This document shows, piece after piece, positions 1 through 12,634 of a stretch of DNA of 64,000 nt. The notes beneath the pieces are model-generated. The model saw nothing but the letters and a program-made list of their open reading frames with translations. It was not told where the DNA came from and did not search any database. Source of the stretch: Lama glama. Taxonomy: Eukaryota. Position numbers and translations under genes: made by a program. Position 1 is the stretch's first letter. Each line of letters begins with the position of its first letter. Location of the stretch: the NCBI GenBank assembly GCA_028534125.1, contig CM052817.1:107882001-107946000 (forward strand), read 5' to 3'.

Positions 1-299
1 TTAGTGTCTACACATATATCATAGTTTATTTTTAGGAAGCAAACACAGAAAATAAATAAAAACAATCATAATTTGTAAGTAAATTAGTAAGTTGATTTAG
101 TTAAGTTAGTTATTTAGTGAGTTATTTCTGTTAGTAATTTAAATGCTGTAAATCCATGGATGCAGGTATTATAGTAACACAGAAGAGAGGCTTCTGATTT
201 GGTCTTTCTGAGATGGACAAAGTATTGCTTCCAGTGACATTTTACCTTTATTTCATAGAAAATTAGTTAGTGGAAAATGGCCAAAGGTTGGACTAGATC

Positions 300-470
300 A
301 TTACTATCCCATAGAATGGTTTCTGTGATGATGAAGATGTTCTATATTTGCACATGCAGCTAATAAGCACTCTAATTATGGCTCATGTGATACAGAAATC
401 GAGTTTTTAACTTAAAAAATTTTAATTTATATAGTAGCATGTGACTAATAACTATCACATTAACAGTGAA
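300..470. mobile_element. MER3-like hAT-Charlie non-autonomous DNA transposon remnant
   Basis: 'ctatcccatagaatggtttctgtgatgatgaagatgttctatatttgcac' and the distal 'tagtagcatgtgactaataactatcacattaacag' resemble the MER3 consensus; recognised by eye. Confidence 0.6.
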
Positions 471-780
471 GCTCCAGAAGAGAGAAGAAGCATGGAAAGT
501 GTGTATAAGTTTGAGCTCTGTGGATCGAAGTGTATGTGCTAAGATGCTTTGGGAAAAGAGGGCTGTTCTTCAAGTTATGGAGGAATACACAGCTATGCAG
601 GAGAGTTTGAAATTTCAAATTCTAAGGGCAGGGGGCCTATCAGAGTCTTTTAAGAAGGGAATGCTGAAGCCAATTAACGTTTCAAAATAGCAGAGGTGAT
701 GCAGAGGAAGACCAGAGACCATCCCAATTAGAAGACTGGTCCATGTGATGCATCCTGAGGACTAAAGCAGGGGCAGTGAA

Positions 781-832
781 AGAGAGACAGACAGACAGAC
801 AGACAGAGAGACAGAGACAGAGAGACAGAGGG
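781..832. repeat. (GACA)n/(GAGACA)n microsatellite
   Basis: Directly visible agagagacagacagacagac... tract. Confidence 0.9.
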
Positions 833-1099
833 AAGAGCAGCATGTGTTCATTTAATTGCTGTGTAGGGGGTAGAACTGACCAGAGCAGGGAATACATTGA
901 GTGTGACTTGTTGAGGGGTGGGGACTACTAAGGGTGACCCAGGTTTGGTTCAGAGGAAGATGCTTATAATCTTACATAACTGAGGTTGAGATGGATCTGA
1001 ACTTCCAAAGAGAGGCGACATCTTCCCACACTGACAAAGGCCTTTCTGCCCTCCTGGCTGGCTCTGAGAAGAGATGGAGTAGCCCAGGGCACGGTGCGA

Positions 1100-2110
1100 C
1101 TCTCTCCCTGTGTCTCCCCATTTGTGATCTCAGGTCCCACCCGGCTTTACAGGCTGATGACTCTCAAACGAGCACTGCCTTCCTGATCACTCCACTGATC
1201 TTTAGACGTGCATGCCTGCTGCCTACCTGATATTCTAAGTGAATGCGTAATATGCACTTCCTATTTAATACGGGGCACAATACAGTTCTTGATGACTGCC
1301 ACCCGCCAAATTCCCCCAGGCAACATTTCCCCAGGCACTCGTACTCAAAACCTGGGACTCATTCCTGATTCCTTCTGTTTCTTAATCTATATCCAAGTTA
1401 TTAGCAAGACATTTCACTGTTCAAAAGTAGATTCAGTGTCTGTTCATTTTCCTATGTCTTCTCTGAGACTTCCCAGTTCCAAGAAACATCAGTTCTTAAC
1501 TGAACCATCAACTCAGCCTCCTACCTGAAGGTCTAGATTTCCTTAATGTATATATCCTGTTCTTCAGCAAGCAGGCAAGTGGGATGTTGTCAAAACAAAC
1601 CTAATCACAGACATTTGCGGGGACTGGACCTTCAACTTCCTTCAGTTTCCATCACACACTCAGAGCGAGTTCCCATCCCTGCATACCTTACCTACGCCTC
1701 CCCTCTCCTTCAGCTTTCTGTTTCTCAGCACATCAAGTTCGTTGCTCCCTTAAGGCCATGGTACTTGCTGACTCCTTTACCTGGAATGCTTTGCCTCCTT
1801 TTCCTTCCTTGGTCAGCACCCAGTTATCATGGAAGGCTCAGCTAGGGGTGGTCTTTTCTGATGGTCACTAGCCTGATAGAGTTACTGTGCCATAATCGTG
1901 TGTTGCGTTCTTTACGTCCTAGCACTTAGACTATAAAACCATCATATTTATGCACTTGCTTATTTTTTTACTCTCTTCTCACATGAACATGGGATAGCTG
2001 TGAGATAAAAGACCTTGTCTCTCTTGTTTACTCCTATTTCGAACAGACAGAATTATCCCTGCTATCTGAGGAACATGCAATCAGGAACCCGGAATGAATG
2101 AGTAAATGAA
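1100..2110 (+). mobile_element. Degenerate LINE-2 3' region
   Basis: L2-like motifs ('aaacctgggactcattcctgattcc', 'cctggaatgctttgcctcc', 'gaccttgtctctcttgtttac') ending in a gaatgaatgagtaaatgaa tail typical of L2. Confidence 0.6.
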
Positions 2111-2379
2111 AGAACGAGGTGCTGCGTAACAGGTAGGATGAGAAGATGCAAGGGTCATAACACAGTGGTGCTTCAGTGTGGAAGCTGAGACTAGAGGAAC
2201 ATAGCAAAACAGCCGGGAGAGGGCAAAAGAAACACAGCTCAACTTTATGTAGCAGGTTTGGTACCTGGTGTGGATTTGGTACCTGGTGGGATACAGCCAT
2301 CGGGGCACATGTAGAAAGGAGTTCAGCAGTACTAGCATCAGGTGATTAGATGCCATTATTTGAGCATCACGTCTCCATG

Positions 2380-2525
2380 GCAACCCTCTGAGGTACTTTT
2401 TCACTTGCTTTAATGATGAGGAAAGTGAGCTTAGACATGTAAATCACTTTCTCAAAGTTGCCTACATGATCAGTGGCAGAACCAGAATTTTCGTCCAAGT
2501 CATCTGATCTTTAATCTTTGCACTG
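2380..2525 (-). mobile_element. MIR SINE fragment
   Basis: 'gatgaggaaagtgagcttagacatgtaaatcactttctcaaagttg...gtggcagaaccagaattt' matches the reverse of the MIR core. Confidence 0.7.
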
Positions 2526-3653
2526 TTAGCCCTTTCTGACATTTTACATAAGGTTAGGACTTGTAAATAGGCTAGATTTGATGACTGTGAGGTGCAGGAG
2601 TCTTCAGAGAAGGGGTTTTGTTGGGATGGCGCTAATGCCTTCCTTATTGTGGTTTGGGAAAAGCTGGCTGTGAAGGGATGGGAGCCCCAGCACAGTCCCA
2701 GAGAAGTAAGAACGTTGTTCTCACTGTTGCTTCTTTTTGCCTTTTTTTTTTTTTTTGAGATCAGATGAACACGAGCATGTTAAATTCTTAGGAAGAAGTC
2801 GGAATGAAGGGGAAGGAGGGAAGGTTTAAAATACACAAGAGAGGAGACAACCGATGGATCGTGGTCATACGAAAGTAGAGAGAGGACGTCAGTAGCACGA
2901 TTGGATGACTGGGCTTTGGTAGAAAGAAAGACCGCTCCTCCTGCAAGAGAAGGCTGGAAAGAGAGGTGTGGTGCAGCTGACTACGCACAGAAGCAAGAAG
3001 ATGAGAACGCTAAAGGCAAGACAAAAAGTGATGGAGACGATGCTTTGTGAGGATCAGATGACAGTGGGGGAGAAGTCTAGGCGTCTAGGAGATGGATTAA
3101 AGATGGGGTAATCAACTTCTCCAAGGACAGAAGCCACAGAGTCTGGTAGAGTGGGGACATTTCAGGAAGAAAGCTACATGAATATGAGTTTAGTGCTAGT
3201 GAGATGGGTCCAAATTAAGATTTTTGGCTTTTTGGATTGAAGATCATGAGCCTGAGGTTATTTGCAGGAAAATTCCAGCTGCTTTTTGTGATAGATGATT
3301 GACTGACTAGTGAGATTTTGATGGACTTATCTGTGTTCATGGCTCTGGCCTTCTAGGTTTAGAAGCTGGTCTTTATTCCAGTATAAGCACAGATGACCAG
3401 CCACTTAGGGAACACCGGTACGGAGGGAGCTCCCCCTTTCTGGTACTTGGAATGCTCATATATATTAACCTCTCAGAGCCCAATTTGTAGGTATCCAGAA
3501 AACCATTATGGCAACTGGATCTTTTTAATGAACATGGAATTAGAACAAACGAGGCCCATAGTTTTTAGCGTCATTTTGTACAGATCATAGCAGCAATGTC
3601 CATGCAAGCACTCCACCCTATAAGAGAAAGGGTAACTCTAGTAATTGTACTCT

Positions 3654-4024
3654 TATTTATTGAAGTATAGTCAGTTTACAATGCTGTGTCAATTTCCAGT
3701 GTATAACATAATATTTCAGTCACATGTATACATACATATATTCATTTTCATATTCTTTTTCATTATAGTTTACTACAAGATATTGAATACAGTTCCCTGT
3801 GCTATACAGAAGAAACTTGTTTATCTATTTTATGTATAGTAGTTATTATCTGCAAATCCTAAACTCCCAATTTATCCCTTCCTACCTGCTCCTGTACCGG
3901 GTAACTATAAGTTTGTTTTCTATGCCTTTGAGTCTGTTTCCATTTTGTAAATAAGTTCATTTGTTCCTTTTTTTTTTTTAGATTCCACATATAAGTGATA
4001 TTACATAGCATTTTTCTTTCTCTT
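3654..4024 (-). mobile_element. 5'-truncated L1 (3' UTR only) with target-site duplication
   Basis: Cetartiodactyl L1 3' end ('ttgaagtatagtcagtttacaatg...tagattccacatataagtgata'), flanked by tctagtaattgtactctt and tctagtaattagtactctt (about 18-bp TSD, one indel). Confidence 0.9.
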
Positions 4025-4424
4025 TCTAGTAATTAGTACTCTTGTGGACCAAGATTCTGCCTCTCTTTTCACCAGCCATGACCCAAAATGGCAGTGGTGT
4101 TTCTCTGACCAGTGCTCCCAGGTATTCTCGGCTTTCCTTCTTCATCTTTCTTTCAAATATCATTAAATTAGGTGGTAGTGATCATTCAAGTATCTGTTTT
4201 TCTGTTCTAGGAAATGGTAAGTCTTGTCCAGTATAAATGGATGTACTTAAGTCAGCCCTCAGAGGGCAGTAGCAGTCCCCTTGTCGTGAAGTCTCGGGAC
4301 ATGTTTCACTATCAACTCTACAAACTGTAAATATTGACCTAGAGGACCATTGCATGTACGGATTTGGAGCTCAGGACGGGGAAGTAATGAAAGGAAGGCT
4401 GTGGGAATTACTGCTGTACACCAG

Positions 4425-4612
4425 GCAGCTGATCCCAAACTTGTGCTGCTACCAGAATCACCCAAGAAGTTTTTAAAAAAATATAAAGATTCCAGGATCT
4501 TTTCACCAGCCATTGTAATTCAGCAGATCTGGGTCAGGGAACTGAAAAGTTATATTTTTATATAATCAACAGAAGTTTCTAATAAAATAATACAGGTGTG
4601 GAAACCATTTTT
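4425..4612. mobile_element. MER5-like hAT DNA transposon remnant
   Basis: 'tcccaaactt...cagaatcacccaagaagtttttaaaaaatataaagattccagg...attcagcagatctggg...caggtgtggaaaccatt' follows the MER5A/B layout. Confidence 0.6.
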
Positions 4613-6941
4613 AGAGATAGTGCTGGAACTCTTGAATGTGGAATTCAAATATTTCTCGGGAGATGAATCGATGTTGTCCAAATGTGTAGACCTGGCTGTG
4701 AAGGCAGAGATGGAAAAAGGGCAGTAGGAGAAAAATGATACTCAAGGGACAGCCAGCTATTATTGCAAGGCTAAGATTGGAGGGGGGCGTGGTTACATAT
4801 TAAGGGCAATCTGGATTTTGAAGACGAGAGAGAGAGATAAACTGTAAGAGGAGAGAGGGTGAAAGATTTATGCAAAAGAGGTCTGGGGGTAACTGAAGAG
4901 GGGGGATTAACTGAGGCATGAGTTTTACTCGGTGGCCACCACATGCCAGCACATATAGACGTTCCTATTGTCCCTTACAGAAACCCTGCAAGGTAAGTGT
5001 TAATATTCCCATTAACTAATGTGGAACTGGGTATTTAAAATCCTTGCACAAATTGCACATTTTAAGGCAACTAATAAATAGAGTAGACAAGAATTTGATG
5101 TGGATTTGCCTGGGTTTTCCTTTCCCTGCTCTTGCGTTTGTGAACAATGTTTAGAATAAGGAGAATGAAGGAGGTTAATGAATATTTGGGAAGAGGGACA
5201 CTTCTCCTTCAGAGACTCCAGAGAAAGAAGAAGAATGGATGGGAATGAAGAGAAACACAGGATGGGTGGGGGGTGGTCTGAGATTTAAAGACAACAGCAG
5301 AACTTCTGAACAATCATCAGGGAGAAACAGCCAAGAGAAATGACTGAATATCAGAAAAGGTGTAGTTTGTCCGTTTCCTGAACCACAATTGTGGGAAGAA
5401 AAAAATCCAAATTGTGAATGATTTTTCAAGTACTTCTGGAGTTAAATGTAAACACACATTTCTAAAAGCAATTAGTCAGATTTTCCATTATGTAGAAATA
5501 CTGTCCTTGAACAGTGAGCCCAAAGAGATCAAACATCAGTTTAAAAAGTAGATTCTTGCCATAAAATGGAATAAATTAAATTTAAATAAGCCAAATTATA
5601 CTTTACAATCACTGGAGAACTGAGTATGTAGCAACATTTTCTTGAGCATCACTTTGTAAAGCAAATGAAAAAAAATCTCATAATCTAAACAATCACTGTT
5701 TAATGCATTTTTATAATTATGGATTTTCTACGGTGAGCAAGTATTTTTTAAAGTAGGTCATACCTGCCATGGAAAATGTTAACTAAAAGGAAGCTTTTTA
5801 ACTATAGATTTTTGTGTGTGTTTACATATTTATTTGTCATTCATATTTGTAGCTCACAGAAGCAAAGAAAGTAATACAAAATTACAACCATGTATGGAGT
5901 TAATCTTCTCCAAAATGTCGTGAAAAGTGGCATTTCTGTTAGATAAATTATTGCACTTTTTTTAATATGATTTGCATTCATCCCGCATGAAAGCTGTTGA
6001 AATCTATTCCATTTGAAAATTAATTATTTCTGTCTTCAATATTGCCTTTGACAAGGTAAGAAACAGTTGGGTTCATTCTAATTTGCTTCAAGTACTGGTA
6101 ATTATAGAGTGTGAAGAAAGCTCTCCACTCAATTCTCTCTAATTATTATAAGACTTATAACACACCTCTTAGAAAAGCAAATTCTCTGAGTTCATCACCT
6201 CTGCCCCTCTGGACATACAATGTAACGTGTTTCTCTTTCTCTCTTTCGGTTTTGTTTAAAGAGAAATATATTATGGAGGCGCCATTACAGAATTTTATGG
6301 GAAACCACTTTTGAAGGCTTCTTGGTTTAAAACATGGAGCTGACTACAGCCTTCTGAAGGCTTTCATGAGTTTTGTTATCACATCTTCTCCATCCTGTAT
6401 TATTAGAGTGGCGTTATGTATAAATATTCATTCTTGATGACTTTAATTTGGTTTCTGTTCAGGAGTCGAGCCCATTGAGGTAAGCTGGAATCTGGATGGT
6501 TCTCCCTAGTATTTTGTGACCGATTTTGGGTCGGGTGCAGATGTGAGGGGCGTGTCTTGGGTGCCTTCTGACTCTTCTCTACATCGGCCCAGAAGTCCAA
6601 GATCTGTGATGCTTTCAGACCTCTCTACGTGCTGACCAGGCGTCAGTCACCAGCTCTTACTGGGGTCGGTTGCACAACGAGTCTTAGTTTCGCCTTACGG
6701 TCGTGTGATTGCTCACACGACGTACGTGTTAGGAGAGTCACAACATGTTCCCATAGTCTCCTTGTGACTAACTCATCTCTAGAATGAGCAAAAGTCCACA
6801 AGTGAGAACTGGAGAGGCAGAAGCTGCAGGTGGGCTGGGAAGAGGCTGGGAACCAGACCTCAGGCTCCAGTGTGTATGATCTTACAGCACAGTGGAGCTT
6901 TGGAAGGGCTAGGGCTGTATTTCTTTCTGGAATCAGGTAAT

Positions 6942-7559
6942 TGTGGCAGGCAGAATAATGGTCCTGCAAAGGATGTCGGTGCACTAATTCTTGGTGCCTG
7001 TGAACATGTTAACTTCCACAGCAAAATGGACTTTGAAGATGTAATTAGGGCTGTGTACCTTAGAGCAGGGAAATTATCCTGGATGATTGGTGTGGGCTCA
7101 ATCTGATCACATGAGCCTTTAAAAGCAGAGGACACTCCTCAGAGGGTAGAAGGAGGCAGAAGAGAGATACAGCAGAAGGGGTTTCTCAGCATGAAAAGGA
7201 TTTGACACACTATTGCTGGCTCTGAGAGGTAGAGGCTTACTTGTAAGGATGGGGGAGAAGCTTCTTCTAGGAGCTGAGGGGGGCATCTAGAGGAAAGTCA
7301 GGAGGAAATGAGGGACCTCAGTCCCACAACCACAAGAACTAGACCTTGCCAACAATCTGAAGGAGCCAGGGACAGATTCTCCTACAGAGAATCCTCTGTG
7401 AGAATCCAGCAGGAAAACACTTTGAGTCCAGCCCGGCGAAGTCCAGCTCGAAGCAGAGGAACCAGACCATAACCTACAGGATTGTGAGAAAATCAGTGCG
7501 TGATGTTTGAAGCCAATTAATCTGTGTAATCTGCTTAGCAACAATAGAAAATTAATGCA
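6942..7559 (+). mobile_element. MLT1D-like MaLR solo LTR
   Basis: Starts TGTGGCAGGCAGAATAATGG and ends ...AATTAATGCA. Perfect 5-bp TSD GTAAT at 6937-6941 and 7560-7564, the length expected for ERVL-MaLR. Confidence 0.9.
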
Positions 7560-9569
7560 GTAATTAATATCCTTAGCAAATCTGAAGTCAAGTTTGGTTG
7601 ATTTTATGTAAAGAAAATGATGATAGTGGTTTCTTGAAGTAAAACTTCTCCTTCATCACATAAAATGTGATTTAGTTTTTATGTTACATGTTTACTGACC
7701 TAATCTAAATGCTTACCTAGGATCAGCATTAACTATGGCAACTGATGCTGGTCTTCAGTTTTACGGGGGAGCGATTGCCCTGATATGATCTCAGGATGTC
7801 ACAGAAATTGAGGACCGAGAGTGGAGTACCTTGGTTTCTTATGATCAGGATAATTTTCATAAATCAACACCAAGTTGCAGTGACATGCTCTTCATTTAAT
7901 GTCAGGACATCTGGGCTCTTCAAAGACTGACTCACGTAGGCTAGTGCCCTTGAGCAAATTCCTTATCTCCCAGGATGTTAGCTGCATTGTCTGTAAAAGA
8001 GGAGCATTCATAAAAGCAATCTTCAGGACCTTTGCCAGCTCTGAGAGCCCGTGGTTCTTCCTGGGAGCAGTGCAATGAGGGACAGGTGGGCACCAACAAT
8101 GGGAGGTGCAAAGGGGGACAGTGTTCCGACTTCGCCTTTCTCAGGGAAGTGTTGTGAGGGTGAAAATAATAGCAACAAAAATGTTTGCCCTCCCTGCCTC
8201 CAGGTGTTTTCCGTCTGGAATCAGGTTTTAGTTTCCTTGAACTAGCCAGGTGCTCACCGACAGTCCCATTGTCTCTCCTGGACAACACGCCCCTCCATAT
8301 GTTGTTTATTCCACTTCTCTGATTTGAAAGATGTTTAACATTTGCTTAAAGGAACCAAAGCAAATGTAAGGTTTTTATTTCCTGTGGGTAGTCATCCATT
8401 AACATTATACTTTATTCCCAAATTGGTGAAATGTGTCCTTTATTTTATTTTTTTATCTCTCCGTTGTTTTTAAAATCTTTTGGAACATTTTATCACATCT
8501 CTAAAAACTTCTTTGTTTTACTCTGGTGATAACCTAGCTGATCGGGGCACAGTAGTCAGTCATATTTCTGTTTGGATAGATATTTACTGTCTTTTTAAAA
8601 AAAATATGCCCAGTTGCAACTTACCATCTGTACACGCAGCTACAAATGAAGCTGGCATCACATTTACACTGTGAAAAAATGATCAATATGTTAGGTTAAA
8701 CAGATATAAATAAAATTAAATTATCTCAAGTGCCCAAATCATCTCAAATTTTGAAAAACCAAACTCTTACAGAATTTTATTGATCAAATTAATGTATTTT
8801 CTTCTGCCCACAGGGGTCTGGGAAATTTTGTTGGACGCATTTTATTATGCAGCTGCTTGAGGCTGGGAAATCGTGTTGCATAAAACGTGTACATTAGCAT
8901 AAATATGGATCTAGAGGGTTGCTGGGTTGTGTTTTTCTCTTCCTAAATCTGGATGATAGCAGCCATGCTTGTAACTTGTTATTTTTTCTCGGGATGTTGT
9001 GTGTGTGTTAAATTCGGGTGGAATGTTCGGCGTGTTCCTCCTACATCCTGCGGTCTGCTGCACTACGGGGAGTCAGGGGAGATCTGTGCCTGTTTCAGAA
9101 GCAGTAGTTTATAGAACACCAGGCTACCATGAGGCCCCTGTGGCTGCACACACCACCTCTTTGCTCATTCCTGGCAGTTGATCTGGGCTTTTATTTGACA
9201 TAACTTTTCTAAACTTCCTGCCAGCCAACCTTCCATGAGCCTTAAACACTCAGATCTGTGTGAGAAAAGCATCCCATCCATACATAGCGAGTGTCAGCCC
9301 CTTCTCACTTCTCACGCCCCTCTCGACAATGATTTCCTACCCCTTCCCCAGGTTTCCTTTTCTGCCTCTTATTTGGATTTTTCTCAGGTTTCTCAATCTT
9401 GAAGAAGTCTTTCATTCCAGCTACATTCTGTTTCTCTCTTTCTCGCGTCCCAAATCCGCAGATCACTCAGGGTGCACCGCCTCTATTTCTCTCTGTCCTG
9501 CTGTCTCCTCAGTCCTCTGCGTTATGGCTTCTAATAGCGCTACTTACTTTCAAGAGGATGAATGCAAAA

Positions 9570-11410
9570 AACATTTTCCAGAGCTTATTTTATCTGACCT
9601 CCCAGTGGCTTGGGGCACTCTCAACTACTCATCATTATTGAAAATCTCTTTGTTTATTTCCAACACTATATTCTCTGATTTTCCTTCCAGCCAAATGGCT
9701 GCTTTGTCTCCTTTGACAGTAATCAAACGTTGGAATTTCTGGTAATTGGATGCTCATCAAATCTGGTGATCAAATATTGGAATTTCCCAAAGCTGTGTTC
9801 TAAGCTCTCTACTCTTTTCTCCCTGTGGCCCCTCCTCACCTAAGACTTCAGTGAGGAGTGCAGCATCTCCACACAGATGCTTTGAATGTATGCCAAACTC
9901 AGCGTGTCTGCGGCCAAACTCATAACCTTCTCACCCATGTCTGGTCCTTGACTGTGGTTTTCTACCTCAATCACAATACAAGCCATCCATTAGGCACGTC
10001 AAAAACAATAATTATTTTTGGTGCATAAACTTGTCCCACCTCCTCACACCTGTCCTGTGCCAAATCATCACCAAATCCTGTGAATTTTTCTCTCCTAAAT
10101 ATTTTTTTGAATTGGCCATTTTCTTTTTTTATTGACTATTGTTGATTTACAATGTTGTGTTAGTTTCTGGTGTACAGGTTCAGTTATACACATATATATT
10201 CTTTTTCATATTCTTCATTTTAGGTTATTACAAGATATTGAATATAGTTCCCTGTGCTGTACAGGAGGAACTTGTTGTTTAGTATTTTATATATAGTAAT
10301 GTGTATAAAATTCCAAACTTGTAATTTATCCCTCCCCTCCTTTCCTCTTTGGTAACCGTAAGTTTATTTTCTATGTCTGTGAGCCTGTTTCTGTTTTGAA
10401 AATAAGTTCATTTGTGTCATTTTTTTAGATTCCACACGTAAGTGATATCATATGATATTTGTCCTTCTCTGTCTGACTTAGTTCACTTAGTGTGATCATT
10501 TCCAGGTCCATCCATGTTGCTGCAAATGCCATTATTTAATTATTTCTCATGGCTGAGTAATATTTCATTATATATCTTCTTTATCCAGTCATCTGTTGAT
10601 GGACACTTAGGTTGTTTCCATGTTGGCTATTGTAAACAGTGCTGCCATGAATATTGGTGTGCATGTATCTTTTCAAACTAGAATTTTCTCTTGGATACAT
10701 ACTTTCTGTATTTCTACCGACTGACTGCATCCTAGTCCAAGCTCCACCCTCCATCTCGTGGATGACTACTATGACAGGTGCCGCTGTGTCCCTCCTCCCA
10801 ATTCTTTTGCACATTTCCACCAGGGCACATTTTCAAAACACACATCTTTGCCTCCTTTGACTATAAGACTCTTGAATTGCTCTTCACTACAGGGTAAAAC
10901 CCCCCACAATTTTAAATATAGTTAAAATGAAACAAAACATCTCTGCAGACCTGGTCCTTGTTTATTCTTGAGGTCTTAGCTCATATGGTTCTACCTACTC
11001 ATTCTCTTGGCTCCAGTCATATTGGCCATCTTTTAATGTCTGGGATGTTAAAACATCAACTTTTCTCTATAATCCCAACAGCATTTCTGAGCAGACTGTT
11101 TTCTCCTACTGTTGCTGTCTTTCTCCCAGTAGGTAACTCCTCCTTGCCCTTCACTCTGAGGTCCGCATATCTTCCTCGTTACACTTTCATAGAACAATGT
11201 GTTTTGGTACTTTGGTGTTTTCCCCCTCATTTGGTGCAGTGCCTTATCCCAGGTTGTACTCATACATTTATTAATGTGATCCTGGAATAATTTCCCCATC
11301 CCCCTGGACTGACAGGGCCATAAAAGTTGAAACTATATCCAGTTTTGCTTTTAACTGAATCTGTTGTTCCTAGGTGCTCAGTAAGAATTTCTTTTATATT
11401 AAATGAATGA
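9570..11410 (+). mobile_element. Fragmented LINE-2, interrupted by a younger L1
   Basis: L2-like motifs either side of the L1 ('tcaccaaatcctgtgaattt', 'cctagtccaagctccacc', 'taggtgctcagtaagaat...aatgaatga'). Confidence 0.55.
10120..10702 (-). mobile_element. 5'-truncated L1 3' end
   Basis: T-rich tail, then the L1 3' UTR, then the ORF2 C-terminal motif (minus-strand ORF contains YPRENSSLKRYMHTNIHGSTVYNSQHG). Confidence 0.9.
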
Positions 11411-12608
11411 TTCTTGTCATCCTTAAGCTTCAACCGAAATGCAAGCTTCTCTGCTCATGTGCAGGCCTTTCATTTACATTTCTAAACTTTCTTAGCCACC
11501 ATTTTCCCAGCACTGACCCCTTTATTCAGTCTTGTCAATTTTCCCTTATTATTTTGCATTTCCTGTAAATATTCCAACACTCAACCTCTTAGAAAAAAGT
11601 TATTTTACCTACTTGCCTTATTGCTACTCCTATTTCTAGGGCTGGCATCTGCTATTGTAATTTTAATGGAACTAAGATAGTCAGTTTTAATCTCAGTCAA
11701 TGTAAAGTTCTCTGGTCTTTAATTAATGATAACCAGCTCTGTCATCATCCAGTCTTTCCCATTTTTGTCATCTGTTGTCCTCCAGGTCATTCTCCAACAT
11801 CTTCCAAAGACTTTGCATCCCATTAATGTATAAATTCCTTTAAAATTCTCAGTGAGGTCTTACTATGTCTGGACTCCGGGACTGCACTGTTAAACAGCGC
11901 ACGAGAGGCTCCAGCTGTTGTGTGGCAGTGAAGCGTGGGGGAGGGAACCATATGGTCAACAAACAAGAGAATCAATTAATGGCTGATGTTCAGAGAGTTA
12001 AAGGGACTGAGCGGAAAATAATGCCAGGCGATGTGGCAGAGACTGCGGGAGGGACTCGTTCTTTAGATTATTTAAATGGTCTGGGAAATCCTAGGAAATG
12101 TACATGTGAACAGAATATCCTTGAGGCTAACAACTGTCATGTTTTTACTGTAGAGGGGCTGAGGTTTGAAAGTCAGAGTCTCCACACAGCCTTAAGGAGC
12201 AGGAACGGGGCCGTGATAGGTGCTCTTCAAGACACATGGCTTCCGGTGTCACTGTTCTCTCCCATGTCTCCTGTTTGTCTTCCCTCCTGCTTCCCAACCA
12301 CCACACACACAGAGACACACAGGCCAGATGGTTTCACCCCTCCCCACGCCTTTGCCTCTTTGAAATAATCCAACCCGCAGGGGAGCGAGTGGGGCCAGAA
12401 GGAAAGCTCAGGTGCCATTTTGTTTTAGGGTCCACTGGCTCAGGACAGACAGTGGTCTGACTGGAAAAATACAGGACTTCGGAACATTTCCCTAACCATT
12501 CCTTTTCCAACATGCCTGACTTTCTTCCATTTCTGGTGTCCTGTCTGCTCACCCCAAACACAACGGCAACACCACCATGTTCTGCCTCCCCAAGAGTTTT
12601 CTGTGCTC

Positions 12609-12634
12609 TGTGTGTGTGTGTGTGTGTGTGTGTG
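12609..12634. repeat. (TG)13 microsatellite
   Basis: Directly visible. Confidence 0.95.

Noticed and set aside
2257..2292. 18-bp direct duplication (tttggtacctggtg)
   Set aside because: A simple local slippage duplication with no further structure.
11690..11830. Possible exon or CR1/L3 RT remnant on the minus strand (TDDK motif)
   Set aside because: The frame is short with a stop and the similarity is too weak to call by eye.
9260..12368. 161-aa and 167-aa ORFs
   Set aside because: They overlap degenerate L2-like or low-complexity sequence and show no protein family resemblance.
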